Counted from the first letter of the stretch, positions 16,885 to 25,219 are shown. The stretch is DNA of 32,000 bases from Iocasia fonsfrigidae (GCF_017751145.1 NZ_CP046640.1:444137-476136); one strand, 5' to 3'. The notes: generated by a model from the letters alone, not told the origin. Program-made: numbers and translations.

Positions 16885-17008
16885 GACAAATATATTTACT
16901 TCCCTTGTCGTGCGCTGCGGTGTCCTACCTCCACTTACTGTCGAGAAATTCTCCTTCGGCGTCCTGCCTACGGATAATTTCTAGAGTCGTACAGCAAATA
17001 TATTTGTC
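16885..17008 (+). repeat. Copy A of a 124-125-nt structured intergenic repeat with 13-nt terminal inverted repeats
   Basis: GACAAATATATTT...AAATATATTTGTC termini. It is near-identical to 24447-24570 and 26597-26721. Confidence 0.85.
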
Positions 17009-17086
17009 TGAGTTAAGATAGAATAGTAATAATTTTTATTTTGATAAAACTCAATTCATTTACCATATATTGCATAGCACTGGGCG

Positions 17087-17116
17087 TTTACAGGTGCTTG
17101 TGGCTGATGGTATAAT
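17087..17116 (+). promoter_or_regulatory. Sigma-70/sigma-A type promoter with extended -10
   Basis: TTTACA (17087-17092), 18-nt spacer, then TGgTATAAT (17108-17116). The predicted start site lies downstream of the tracked TTG at 17119 and so favours the ATG at 17143. Confidence 0.6.
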
Positions 17117-17142
17117 ATTTGTTAGATAGGGGTGACAGATAT

Positions 17143-19491
17143 ATGTTTTGGATGAAAACTGCTTTCAGGAAAGATATCTTTTTACTGATGGCTGCTGCTA
17201 TTCTGCTGGGGGTTATCCTGGCTCTGGCTGGGGGTTATCTCGCTGATAATTATTTTGCTAATATGGTCAGCGGTCTTATTGGTGATTCTGGAGAATATGA
17301 CCTTTTGTTTACTATCTCCAGTGATAAGGAAGATATCGCTATAGAGCAGATTAAAAATATAGCTGCTGATACTCTCCCGGGTTCTTCTTTTAAGACAGGA
17401 CCTAAGGTGGCAGGGAGTAGTAATTACTTATTGAAAATACCTGATAAATATAAGAATGAAGAGGTATATGTTAATCTGGGCAAATATTTCTCTGATATCC
17501 CTGGGTTAATGAGCAAGACTATCATGACAGAACCGAAACTGTCTATCAGAGGTTTCAGGGGGGATACTCTGCCGGTTATTAGACCACTTATAGCTGAGAT
17601 AGAGGGAATAGACTTTATCTATCCTAGTAGTGATGGCCTTGATATTATTGTAAAAAAACCGGAGTTTCTTACTGAAGTTAAGAAAGAGATAAATAGTATT
17701 CTGAGTAATTATCATATCCTGGAGGTCAGATATCCCCTCAACCAGCACCCGTCTAACCTCGGCCAGTTGAGGGGAGAGGTTGTTGAACTGGTAGAGGGTA
17801 ACCTTGATGAGGTTATTGATGTGACGATCAGTAATGAGTCAGATCGGGTTTCTCTTTTGACCAGTTTAAAACAGATGAAGACTTTTCTGATGTCCTATGC
17901 TACTAAAGTGCTTATTAGTGATCTTGAAAATAGTGAGGCTGTTCTGGAAGGGAGTACCCTGCTGGCCAGTAATGAAGATGGTGAGCAATTTGTCCTGGAG
18001 GTAATCAGTAATACTGATCAGCAGGTCATTGCTCTGGTTCAGGAGGGGAGTATTAATAAACCCATTTCTCTGGAGGTTTATTTTCAGGACTATGGGGATG
18101 AGGTAAAATACCTGGGTAAAGGCATAGTAGATAACCCGCGCCAGGAGCTGGCTGATGCCCTGGAACAACTTAATGAAATAGCCCCTAAACTGGAGGGTTT
18201 CCTGGAACAGAGTGAACAGCTTGTTGAGTTTAGTAATATGCTCAGTGAGGATTTAGCGGGGATAAATGATGGTTTAGGTCAACTGGAAAATACCAGTCAG
18301 AAACTGAGCAGTTCTCTAGAAGAATGGCAGCAGGAGGGGCTGTCAAACTTTCTGTCTGAGTTACTGGGTATCCTTGATGATATTAAGAAAAATACAGGTG
18401 ATATTACAGATATTCAGCGGGAGCTGGTTATGACCAGTAATAATCTAAAAGAAGGTGCTGCACTGATTGAAGAAAAGATAGCCTATGTGCCGCGTAGTAA
18501 CGGTATGTATCAGCAGTTAGATGAACTGAAAGATATCTTTCTACGGCTTTCTGAAGGTTTAGATGATAATTATGACCTGGTGGCCATGAGACTGGCAGAT
18601 ATGGATCCGGTTCTAAGTTCTATTGGGAGCTGGGAGGAAAAGATTGCTTCACTACTCAAGGTTGAGGAGACCTTAAATAGTGGGGCGAACTGGCAGGAGA
18701 TCGAAGGGATTATTGCAGACATTGATCAGACTGCCAGGATTATAGATGCCAGTCAATTACAGGATAAGCTGACATCTATTCAGGAATTACTACAGGACTT
18801 AAATACCAACCGCTTACCTGTTGTTTTGAATCAACTCTCTTATATTCAGAATTCATTACCTGATCTTGAAGAATCTGAGATTGTTGAGACGATTAATTTG
18901 ATTGATAGTTATATAGCTGGTCAGGTGATTCCAGGTGATCAGATTCAACTGTTAATTAAAGGAAAATATAATAGCAAGGGGCTTGTTAATAAGATAGAAG
19001 GGGTTGTAAACAACCCGACTGTTACCTATATAGAGATGGATGCCGGGGTTTTACAGCCCAATACACGGGGGGAGATTTTTAATGTCTTAAACCAGGTCAG
19101 GGCTGTTATTTCAACAATTGTTGCTTTTGTATTTACTATACTGGTAATGATTATGGATCAATCATTGATTATAAGTACACTGAGGCTTAATGGCAGCAGG
19201 GGATATTTTTATGGTTTTGTAAGTGGGGGTTTAATCTTTAGTTTGATCTGCCTGCTGAGTGGGATAGATTTTCCTTATCTTAATTTTAGTACAGAATTTA
19301 TTGTCGGTGGTTTGTCAGGTGTTTTGATCGCATTTTTATCTAAGATGCTTAATCCAGTAGATAGAGAAGAATGGGAGGCAGGTAAGGCTCTGGGTTTTTC
19401 CACAGCAGAGATAATGCATGAGATTATTATACCGGCTGGTAAACCTGGATTACTCTACCTAATGAATTACCCCAGAATTATTTTTAAATAA
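17143..19491 (+). CDS. Large membrane protein: N-in TM1, ~620-aa coiled-coil-rich ectodomain, 3 C-terminal TMs and a C-terminal EAA-type ABC coupling motif (atypical ABC transmembrane subunit)
   Basis: TM1 is IFLLMAAAILLGVILALAGGYL. The central region carries L..G heptad-like repeats (LAGINDGLGQLENTSQKL...). Three TMs occupy ~aa 655-737. The tail EAGKALGFSTAEIMHEIIIPAG fits EAA-x3-G-x9-I-x-LP. RBS AGGGGTGA precedes the ATG at 17143. The next gene is an ABC ATPase. Confidence 0.6.
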   Translation: MFWMKTAFRKDIFLLMAAAILLGVILALAGGYLADNYFANMVSGLIGDSGEYDLLFTISSDKEDIAIEQIKNIAADTLPGSSFKTGPKVAGSSNYLLKIPDKYKNEEVYVNLGKYFSDIPGLMSKTIMTEPKLSIRGFRGDTLPVIRPLIAEIEGIDFIYPSSDGLDIIVKKPEFLTEVKKEINSILSNYHILEVRYPLNQHPSNLGQLRGEVVELVEGNLDEVIDVTISNESDRVSLLTSLKQMKTFLMSYATKVLISDLENSEAVLEGSTLLASNEDGEQFVLEVISNTDQQVIALVQEGSINKPISLEVYFQDYGDEVKYLGKGIVDNPRQELADALEQLNEIAPKLEGFLEQSEQLVEFSNMLSEDLAGINDGLGQLENTSQKLSSSLEEWQQEGLSNFLSELLGILDDIKKNTGDITDIQRELVMTSNNLKEGAALIEEKIAYVPRSNGMYQQLDELKDIFLRLSEGLDDNYDLVAMRLADMDPVLSSIGSWEEKIASLLKVEETLNSGANWQEIEGIIADIDQTARIIDASQLQDKLTSIQELLQDLNTNRLPVVLNQLSYIQNSLPDLEESEIVETINLIDSYIAGQVIPGDQIQLLIKGKYNSKGLVNKIEGVVNNPTVTYIEMDAGVLQPNTRGEIFNVLNQVRAVISTIVAFVFTILVMIMDQSLIISTLRLNGSRGYFYGFVSGGLIFSLICLLSGIDFPYLNFSTEFIVGGLSGVLIAFLSKMLNPVDREEWEAGKALGFSTAEIMHEIIIPAGKPGLLYLMNYPRIIFK

Positions 19492-19521
19492 GATATTATT
19501 AAATCCCCAGGAGGGAGTATA

Positions 19522-20253
19522 ATGCTGAGGATAAAAGGTTTGAAAAAAAGCTTTAATAATGATATAGTATTAGATGAAATAGACTTTGAACTCAGGTCAG
19601 GTGAGATTACTGCTGTTATGGGGCCGAGTGGTTGTGGAAAATCAACTTTTATCCGTTCAATTAACAGACTTGTTGAACCTGATGATGGAGAGATATTTTT
19701 TAGGGACATACCGGTTCACCAGCTTACCCAGGATAAACTGGAAGGAGTCAGGCAGAATATTGGTTTTGTCTTCCAGCATTTCAATCTAATTAAACGCCTG
19801 GATGTCAAACAGAACGTTGCCCTGGGCCTTATTAAAAAGGGTTATTCAGTAGCTGAGGCCTGTGAAAAGGCAGTTCTTGCCCTGGCTGATGTGGGCCTGG
19901 CAGAGATGGGTGATGCCAGTGTATTAAACCTGAGTGGTGGTGAGAAACAGCGAGTTGGTATTGCCCGGGCCCTTGTGCTGGAACCTGAGCTGATCCTCTT
20001 TGATGAACCAACAGCTTCACTTGACCCGATACTGGTTAGAGAGGTTCTTGATGTTCTGGAGGATATTGTTGTTCGGAAACGCACTTCGATGATAATAGTT
20101 ACCCATGAAGTGACATTTGCCCGTAGAGTAGCTGATCAGGTTTATTTTATGGATAAGGGAAAATTTGTTGAATCAGGAAAACCAACAACGGTTTTTGAAA
20201 ATCCAGGCTCCTGGATAGGTAAAAAATATAAAAAAATTATCAATTATACTTAA
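19522..20253 (+). CDS. ABC transporter ATP-binding protein (polar-amino-acid/PstB-like ATPase subfamily)
   Basis: Walker A GPSGCGKST, Q-loop FQHFNL, signature LSGGEKQRVGIARAL, Walker B LILFDEPTASLD, H-loop VTHE. RBS GGAGGGAG. Confidence 0.9.
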   Translation: MLRIKGLKKSFNNDIVLDEIDFELRSGEITAVMGPSGCGKSTFIRSINRLVEPDDGEIFFRDIPVHQLTQDKLEGVRQNIGFVFQHFNLIKRLDVKQNVALGLIKKGYSVAEACEKAVLALADVGLAEMGDASVLNLSGGEKQRVGIARALVLEPELILFDEPTASLDPILVREVLDVLEDIVVRKRTSMIIVTHEVTFARRVADQVYFMDKGKFVESGKPTTVFENPGSWIGKKYKKIINYT

Positions 20254-20328
20254 AAATAATAAAAATATGCAGGAGTTTTTATATTGCTTATTGAATTAAA
20301 GAAGATAGATATTAGAAGGAGGGGGAAA

Positions 20329-21210
20329 ATGACTAAGGGAGGTAGTTTTCAAAAGACAATCACTAAAGCAATAAATTATTCAGGTACTGCGCTTCACAGC
20401 GGTAAAGAAGTAAGTATTAAATGCCTTCCTGCTAAAGCTGATCGGGGTATTGTATTTCGCCGGGTAGACCTGCCGGGTAGTCCGGAGATTAAGGCAGATC
20501 CGTTAAATGTAGTTTCTACCAGGAGATGTACCAGTATTGGCTTGAGTACTAATGAAGAAGCCAGGGTACACACTATAGAACATATTATGTCAGCTTTATG
20601 GGCTATGGGTGTTGATAATGCTATTATAGAGATTGATAATGCTGAGACCCCTGTTGGTGATGGTAGTGCCCTTCCCTTTATTGATTTGATTAAACAGGCT
20701 ACTATCAGGGAATTAGCTGTACCACGTATGAGCTGGCAGATAGAAGAACCAGTTTCAGTTAAAAAAGGGGATATGTATATGGTTGCCCTGCCCTATGATG
20801 GGTTTAAAATAAGTTATACCCTTCATTATGACCACCCTGTGATTGGTTCACAGTTTAGGGAGTTTGACATGGGTAGGGATTCCTTTATAGATGATTTTGC
20901 TCCGGCAAGGACCTTTGGTTTTGAGAGGGAGATTGAGACCCTTCATAGAAGAGGACTGGCCTTAGGGGGAAGTCTGGAGAATGCTGTTTTGATTGGCGAA
21001 GAGGGAACTGTAAATCCCCTGCGTTTCTCTGATGAGTTTGCCAGACATAAGGTGCTTGATGTTGTCGGTGATATGGCCTTAAACGGTTATATTCGCGGGC
21101 ACATTATTTCTGTTAAATCAGGACATTACCTACATGTAGAACTGGCTAAAGAAATAAAGAAAAGGTTTGTTATTGAAGAGGAGGTAGAAGTAAGTAATGA
21201 TGTATATTAA
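20329..21210 (+). CDS. lpxC: UDP-3-O-acyl-N-acetylglucosamine deacetylase LpxC
   Basis: FQKTI...SGTALHSGKEV, IVFRRVDL, VHTIEHIMSAL, PVGDGSALPF, FARHKVLDVVGDMAL and GHY.H are LpxC blocks. The ATG at 20329 follows GGAGGGGG. Confidence 0.92.
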   Translation: MTKGGSFQKTITKAINYSGTALHSGKEVSIKCLPAKADRGIVFRRVDLPGSPEIKADPLNVVSTRRCTSIGLSTNEEARVHTIEHIMSALWAMGVDNAIIEIDNAETPVGDGSALPFIDLIKQATIRELAVPRMSWQIEEPVSVKKGDMYMVALPYDGFKISYTLHYDHPVIGSQFREFDMGRDSFIDDFAPARTFGFEREIETLHRRGLALGGSLENAVLIGEEGTVNPLRFSDEFARHKVLDVVGDMALNGYIRGHIISVKSGHYLHVELAKEIKKRFVIEEEVEVSNDVY

Positions 21211-21625
21211 TGAGATTCAGGAAATATTACCACACCGATATCCTTTTTTACTGGTAGACAGGATAGTGGAATTGAAAGAGGAAAAGGTTGTTGGTCTTAA
21301 GAATGTAACAATGAATGAAGAATTTTTTCAGGGGCATTATCCAGGACACCCTATTATGCCTGGTGTTTTAATTGTAGAATCAATGGCCCAAGTATCAGGT
21401 TTTTTATTGATGCACAGTCATAGTGATCTGGAAGATAAGATACCACTATTTGCAGGTATTGATAAGGTCAGGATCCGCCGGCCGGTTATACCTGGCGACA
21501 CCTTAAAGATTGAGGCTGAAATTATCAGGGCCAGGGGTCGAATTGCTAAAGTTTTGGCCAATGCCTATGTGGAAGATAAACTAGTGACTGAGGCAGAATT
21601 GATGTTTGCCTTTGAAGATAAATAG
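21197..21625 (+). CDS. fabZ: 3-hydroxyacyl-ACP dehydratase FabZ
   Basis: ILPHRYPFLLVDRI, FFQGHYPGHPIMPGVLIVESMAQ. 142 aa. Overlaps the lpxC end. Confidence 0.95.
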   Translation: MMYINEIQEILPHRYPFLLVDRIVELKEEKVVGLKNVTMNEEFFQGHYPGHPIMPGVLIVESMAQVSGFLLMHSHSDLEDKIPLFAGIDKVRIRRPVIPGDTLKIEAEIIRARGRIAKVLANAYVEDKLVTEAELMFAFEDK

Positions 21626-21641
21626 AAGGGAGAGAGGGGTT

Positions 21642-22451
21642 TTGAGTCAAAGAGCGGAAAGGAAACTGCTCCATATGGCTGATATACATTCAACAGCCAT
21701 TATTAAGCCTGGAGCAAAACTTGGTAAGGGTGTAGAGATAGGCCCTTACAGTATTATTGGAGAGAATGTTGAGATAGGGGAGGGTACAAAAGTTGGTCCA
21801 CATGTACTCATAGAAGGCTGGACCAAGCTAGGTAAGAATAATCAAATTTTTCACGGGGCCTCGATAGGTCTGGAACCACAGGATATGAAATTCAAGGGTG
21901 AAGAGAGTTATCTCTTTATCGGTGATAATAATACTATCCGGGAAAATGCTACCATACACCGTGGAACAGAAGAGGGTGGTGGGGAGACCTGGATTGGTAA
22001 TGATAACCTAATTATGGCTTATTGTCATGTGGCTCATGATTGTCAACTGGGTAATCATATTATTATGTCAAATGCTACTAATTTAGCTGGACATGTTATT
22101 GTTGAAGATTATGCTGTACTTACCGGTTTAACTGGTATCCATCAGTTTGTTAGAATAGGTAAGATGGCTATGGTTGGTGCCCATTCCAAGGTGGTTAAGG
22201 ATGTACCACCTTATGTTTTAGTAGACGGCCACCCGGCCCGGGTCAATGGTATTAATGTAGTCGGCCTGCGGCGCAATGGTGTTTCGCCAGAATTAAGGTC
22301 AGAGATAAAGCGGGCATATAAATTACTTTATCGTTCCAATCTTAATATCTCTCAGGCCATTGAAAAAATGGATCAAGAACTGGATGCCAGTGAAGAGATA
22401 GAACACTTTCTGCGGTTTTTACGGAATGCTCAGCGCGGTATCTGTAGGTAG
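21642..22451 (+). CDS. lpxA: Acyl-ACP--UDP-N-acetylglucosamine O-acyltransferase LpxA
   Basis: IHSTAIIKPGAKLGKGVEIGPYSIIG hexapeptide repeats, then the helical C-terminal domain (..GLRRNG.S.E....IKRAYKLLYRS). The start is either TTG at 21642 (good RBS GGGAGAGAGGGG) or ATG at 21675. Confidence 0.92.
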   Translation: MSQRAERKLLHMADIHSTAIIKPGAKLGKGVEIGPYSIIGENVEIGEGTKVGPHVLIEGWTKLGKNNQIFHGASIGLEPQDMKFKGEESYLFIGDNNTIRENATIHRGTEEGGGETWIGNDNLIMAYCHVAHDCQLGNHIIMSNATNLAGHVIVEDYAVLTGLTGIHQFVRIGKMAMVGAHSKVVKDVPPYVLVDGHPARVNGINVVGLRRNGVSPELRSEIKRAYKLLYRSNLNISQAIEKMDQELDASEEIEHFLRFLRNAQRGICR

Positions 22452-22462
22452 TGTGATTTGAT

Positions 22463-23275
22463 ATGTCCAGGATAGGTTTGCTTGCTGGTAAAGGACGCTT
22501 GCCATTTATCTGGGCGAAAGCAGCCCAGCAAAATGGACATGAGGTATATATTTATAGATTAATAAAAGAAGAGAAAAGAGAGCTGGAGGGAATTGCTGAT
22601 CAGGTAAGAGATATTAATGTTGCTGCCCTGGATGAACTTATCAATACCATTAAAGCAGACGGCATTAAAGAATTAGTTATGATTGGTAAGGTCGAAAAAA
22701 CACTGCTTTTTCAGGGTGTTCAACTAGATCAGAGGATGGAGAGACTCCTGGCAGGGCTTGATGTCCTTCAGGATGATAATATTATGCTGGCTTTTGTGGC
22801 AGAACTGGCCAGTGAGGGTATTAAAGTAATAGATCAGGCTACTTATATAAGGGAATTGTTTCCTGAAGCAGGATTATTAACTTCAGGCAAACCTGATGAG
22901 CAATTACTTTCAGATATGAAGTACGGCTTTCAGATAGCCCGTGAGATAGGCAGGCTGGATATTGGACAGACGGTTGTTGTTAAAAACAAGGCTGTACTGG
23001 CTGTTGAAGCTATTGAGGGCACTGACCTGGCCATAAAACGCGCTGGTCAGCTCGGTGGTCCAGGGGCTGTGGTTGCTAAAGTGAGTAAACCACAGCAGGA
23101 CTGGCGGTTTGATATACCAACAATTGGTGAAACAACTATTAGAAATTTAATAGAGATTAATGCCAGAGGGCTGGTCATAGAAGCCGGTAAGACTTTTATA
23201 ATCGAACAGGAGAGCTTAATTAAGGAAGCAGAGAGACATGGTATTATAATTATGGCTATGGAAGCTTCAGGTTAG
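22463..23275 (+). CDS. lpxI: UDP-2,3-diacylglucosamine hydrolase LpxI (DUF1009 family)
   Basis: IGLLAGKGRLP at the N-terminus, AREIGRLDIGQTVVVKNKAVLAVEAIEGTDLAIKRAG, and RFDIPTIGETTI match recalled Caulobacter LpxI. It is located between lpxA and lpxB. Confidence 0.85.
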   Translation: MSRIGLLAGKGRLPFIWAKAAQQNGHEVYIYRLIKEEKRELEGIADQVRDINVAALDELINTIKADGIKELVMIGKVEKTLLFQGVQLDQRMERLLAGLDVLQDDNIMLAFVAELASEGIKVIDQATYIRELFPEAGLLTSGKPDEQLLSDMKYGFQIAREIGRLDIGQTVVVKNKAVLAVEAIEGTDLAIKRAGQLGGPGAVVAKVSKPQQDWRFDIPTIGETTIRNLIEINARGLVIEAGKTFIIEQESLIKEAERHGIIIMAMEASG

Positions 23276-23279
23276 TGAG

Positions 23280-24425
23280 GTGGGCCTTTTGGGTAAGATA
23301 ATGGTTGTTACAGGTGAAGTCTCCGGTGATATGCATGCTGCACAGGTGGTAAAGGCTATTAAGGAGATTGCACCTGATATTACTTTTTATGGGATGGGTT
23401 CTACATTTTTAAAAAAAGAGGGTGTCGAGATATTAATTGACCCGGGGGAACTGAGTACGATTGGTTTTATTGAAGCTTTTAAGAACACCAGACAGCACTT
23501 AGCCAATCTCAGGCTCCTTAAAAAGAGTGTTAAGGAGAGGAGACCAGACCTTATCTTACTGGTAGACAACTCTGGGTTTAATATGCTGCTGGCCCGTGCG
23601 GTTAGTAGACTCGGTGTCCCGCTTGTTAATTACTTTAGTCCTTCTGCCTGGGTGTGGGGCAGCTGGCGGGCCGGATGGATGACCCGCTATCGAGCAACAA
23701 TTGCCTCTGTCTTTCCCATGGAAGCCGAAGTATACCGTCGGGCAGGAGCTGACGTAGAGTTTGTAGGTCACCCGCTCCTGGATATGGTCAGGGTAAATAA
23801 GGAAAAAGAGGAGATCTGTCATGATTTAGAATTATCCCCTGATAGACCGGTTATCGGTCTTCTACCGGGGAGTCGCCGACAGGAAGTAGAAAAACTCCTT
23901 CCTGATATGTTGGAGGCAGCAGCAGAACTTGCTAAAGAGAATAAAGGGTATCAATTTGTGCTACCTCTGGCTGATGGTATTGACAGGTCATTTGTCGCCA
24001 GGAGAGCTGCCAGGTACAGCTTGGTAGTTAAACTGGTTGAGGGCTTTTCTCATGAGGTAATGAAGATTGCTGCTGTGCTGGTTACAGCTTCAGGGACAGC
24101 TACTCTGGAGGCAGCAATTATCGGTACACCGATGTTGATCGTCTATCGGACCAGTGCCTCTACCTATTGGTTGGCTACTAAGCTGATGAAGACTGACTAT
24201 GTTGGCCTGCCCAATATAATTGCTGGTAAAGAGATAGTACCAGAATTAATTCAGCAGAATTTGACAGCTGACAGGATACTCTTTGAGCTGAAGTGTCTGC
24301 TGGAGAGTCCTTTTGCACTCAGAGAAGCTAGAGAACAACTAGCAGGGGTCAAACAGAAACTGGGCTCTAGTGGTGCTGTCAGGCGTGTTGCTGAACTGGT
24401 ATTGAAGAAAGCTAATTTGTCTTAA
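23280..24425 (+). CDS. lpxB: Lipid-A-disaccharide synthase LpxB
   Basis: VVTGEVSGDMHAAQVV, D.SGFN..LA, YFSPSAWVWG, LPGSRRQEV, ASGTATLEAA. 381 aa. Confidence 0.9.
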   Translation: MGLLGKIMVVTGEVSGDMHAAQVVKAIKEIAPDITFYGMGSTFLKKEGVEILIDPGELSTIGFIEAFKNTRQHLANLRLLKKSVKERRPDLILLVDNSGFNMLLARAVSRLGVPLVNYFSPSAWVWGSWRAGWMTRYRATIASVFPMEAEVYRRAGADVEFVGHPLLDMVRVNKEKEEICHDLELSPDRPVIGLLPGSRRQEVEKLLPDMLEAAAELAKENKGYQFVLPLADGIDRSFVARRAARYSLVVKLVEGFSHEVMKIAAVLVTASGTATLEAAIIGTPMLIVYRTSASTYWLATKLMKTDYVGLPNIIAGKEIVPELIQQNLTADRILFELKCLLESPFALREAREQLAGVKQKLGSSGAVRRVAELVLKKANLS

Positions 24426-24446
24426 GATAATTATGAATATATCTTC

Positions 24447-24570
24447 GACAAATATATTTACTTCCCTTGCCGTGCGCTGCGGTGTCCTACCTCCGCTTAC
24501 TGTCGTGAAATTGTCCTTCGGCGTCCTGCCTACGTACAATTTCAAGAGTCATCCAGTAAATATATTTGTC
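24447..24570 (+). repeat. Copy B of the 124-125-nt structured repeat
   Basis: Same termini and internal sequence as copy A, with a few substitutions including a compensated pair. It starts 21 nt after the lpxB stop. Confidence 0.85.
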
Positions 24571-24628
24571 TAAGTTACAGAATAATATGTTTGTTTTGGA
24601 TTTCTTTAGTAATAGAGGGGTTGATATT

Positions 24629-25219
24629 ATGTCAGGTAGGGTTTTTGCTCTTGTTTTATTAATTACAGTGGTATTAATAAGCGGGGTTTACTTTGCTTTT
24701 ACCTATCAACCTGCAGTTGATGAAAGCGATGACAGCAGTACAGAGACTCTGGAGGCAGATACAATCCCTGAGAATAAATTTAAGGATATTGATTTGACTG
24801 TTTTTAATGGGGATGATTCTGTTAGCTGGCAGATAAAGTCCAGTGATATTAGCAGTTTTTCACAGGGAGAACTGCTTAAGCTATCACCACTCAAGCTTAC
24901 TGCCTATGATGAGAATGATGAGGTCTTATATACTATTACTGCTGATTACTGTAATTACCGCTCTGCACTGGGTGAGATGGAGATTACTGGTTCTGTTGTG
25001 ATGGAAAAGGATGAACTGAGGATGATGACAGCCCATCTTGACTGGGACAGGGATGAAGAATTAATCAGAGGTAGTGGTGGTGTTAGTTTTACTTCACCAT
25101 CCTATCAGTTGACAGGTGGGAGGTTTCAGGCTAATACTGATTTTAGCCAGATAACTGTCTATAAAGATGAGCAGGAGCGGGCAGCACTTCTCTGGAAAGA
25201 GGTGGGTAAGGGTTCATGA
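24629..25219 (+). CDS. lptC: LPS export system protein LptC (TM-anchored OstA-like fold)
   Basis: The ATG at 24629 follows AGAGGGG. It has one TM (VFALVLLITVVLISGVYFAF) and then a beta-rich ~150-aa domain. It sits immediately upstream of lptA-lptB, with a 4-nt ATGA overlap onto lptA. Confidence 0.7.
   Translation: MSGRVFALVLLITVVLISGVYFAFTYQPAVDESDDSSTETLEADTIPENKFKDIDLTVFNGDDSVSWQIKSSDISSFSQGELLKLSPLKLTAYDENDEVLYTITADYCNYRSALGEMEITGSVVMEKDELRMMTAHLDWDRDEELIRGSGGVSFTSPSYQLTGGRFQANTDFSQITVYKDEQERAALLWKEVGKGS

Noticed and set aside
16885-17008. The minus strand of the repeat as a CsrA/RsmA-sponge-like sRNA (AGGAC hairpin loops plus several GGA motifs)
   Set aside because: It is tempting because GGA motifs in hairpin loops are the CsrA motif. 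However, I see no promoter or terminator for minus-strand transcription. The copies are co-oriented with + strand operons, and 3-bp stems are marginal. I keep it only as a remote alternative.
24339-24545. 68-aa minus-strand ORF spanning the lpxB end and repeat copy B
   Set aside because: It runs through a multi-copy non-coding repeat. The equivalent frame is not open in copies A and C.
2229-24628. Upstream extensions of tracked ORFs (2229 spoIIID, 2782 mreB, 14779 lpxD, 16144 OMP, 17119 ABC membrane protein, 20284 lpxC, 21606 lpxA, 24566 lptC)
   Set aside because: Internal start codons with proper Shine-Dalgarno spacing give N-termini that match the families or proper signal peptides. The extensions overlap upstream genes, repeats or a promoter.
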